A DNA stretch of 17,345 nt from a bacterium (lineage in GTDB: Bacteria > CALINM01): the NCBI GenBank assembly GCA_041640455.1, contig JBEQAF010000043.1, positions 1 to 17,345 of the forward strand, given 5' to 3'. Shown here one piece after another: positions 16,804-17,345 of this stretch. Positions within the stretch are counted from its first letter, which is position 1, and each line of letters begins with the position of its first letter. Position numbers and translations under genes: made by a program. The notes under the pieces are model-generated. The model was not told where the DNA came from and searched no databases. It saw only the letters and a list, made by a program, of their open reading frames with translations.

Positions 16804-17345
16804 TTAAAATAAAAACGATGTAAGTATATAATCGGCAATAAAAATTATAACACAGGCAAGCACAACCGCCTCAGTGGTAGCCTTACCAACACCTCTTGCT
16901 CCTCCTCTGGTATAATATCCTTTATAACATCCTATGAGGGAAAGCAGCAAACCAAATATAACGGATTTAAAAAGTCCGCTATATATATCGTTAAGCTCAA
17001 GCAGATCTATAGTCCTGTTAATATAAACGCCTTCATTAATATTAAGCATTTTAACCCCAACAAGATATCCGCCAACTATTCCTGAAAAATCAGAGATAAC
17101 CGTAAGTATGGGGACCACAAATAATGATGCAATAATCCTTGGGACTATCAGATATTTTATGGGATTAACTGCCATAACCTCCAGCGCATCTATCTGCTCG
17201 GTTACTCTCATTGTACCTATCTCTGCGGCCATGGCAGAACCAGCTCGTGCAGTTACCATAATACTTGCCAATACAGGACCGAGCTCCCTGCAAAGACTTA
17301 ATGCAACAACTGCTCCTACCATGCTTTCAGCCCCGAATCTTCTGA
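16804..17345 (-). CDS. mlaE: MlaE-family ABC permease (5'-truncated by the window edge)
   Basis: RELGPVLASIMVTARAGSAMAAEIGTMRVTEQIDALEVMAVNP...PRI, GGARGVGKATT. The frame stays open upstream of the ORF-track Met (...RRFGAES-MVGAVV) to the end of the window. Confidence 0.93.
   Translation of the reverse strand, partial: RRFGAESMVGAVVALSLCRELGPVLASIMVTARAGSAMAAEIGTMRVTEQIDALEVMAVNPIKYLIVPRIIASLFVVPILTVISDFSGIVGGYLVGVKMLNINEGVYINRTIDLLELNDIYSGLFKSVIFGLLLSLIGCYKGYYTRGGARGVGKATTEAVVLACVIIFIADYILTSFLF

Noticed and set aside
1..17345. CRISPR arrays, IS elements/integrases, tRNA (including tRNA-Sec), rRNA, riboswitches
   Set aside because: Intergenic gaps are at most about 135 nt and very AT-rich; no spaced repeats, transposase ORFs or structured RNA signatures were seen.

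Overview
AT-rich, gene-dense bacterial chromosomal window made mostly of core genes. I see no mobile element, CRISPR array, rRNA or tRNA. Order: a partial membrane protein of the fused MFS/spermidine-synthase-like family (minus strand, runs off the left edge, absent from the ORF track), typA/bipA, an exported NrfJ-like tandem OB-fold protein, a YbfB/YjiJ-type MFS transporter (-), mtaB (-), a type IVa pilus cluster pilB-pilT-pilC-pilS-pilR (+) in the Geobacter/Myxococcus order but with no pilA after it, and a convergent minus-strand operon mlaE-mlaF-mlaD-selD. The strongest hidden feature is that selD is a selenoprotein gene: it starts at 14580, has an in-frame UGA at codon 16 (AAG-U-AAK) and is followed by a bacterial SECIS-like hairpin; the ORF track truncates it. 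The MlaD is an elongated form (TM + MCE + long helical stalk + putative C-terminal beta-barrel), suggesting a single-protein trans-envelope lipid bridge with no MlaA/B/C nearby. Several promoters predict leaderless or very short-leader mRNAs. The gene order suggests a Desulfobacterota/deltaproteobacteria-like anaerobe (inference). I do not see a clearly unprecedented system; the findings are recoding, unusual architectures and gene couplings.
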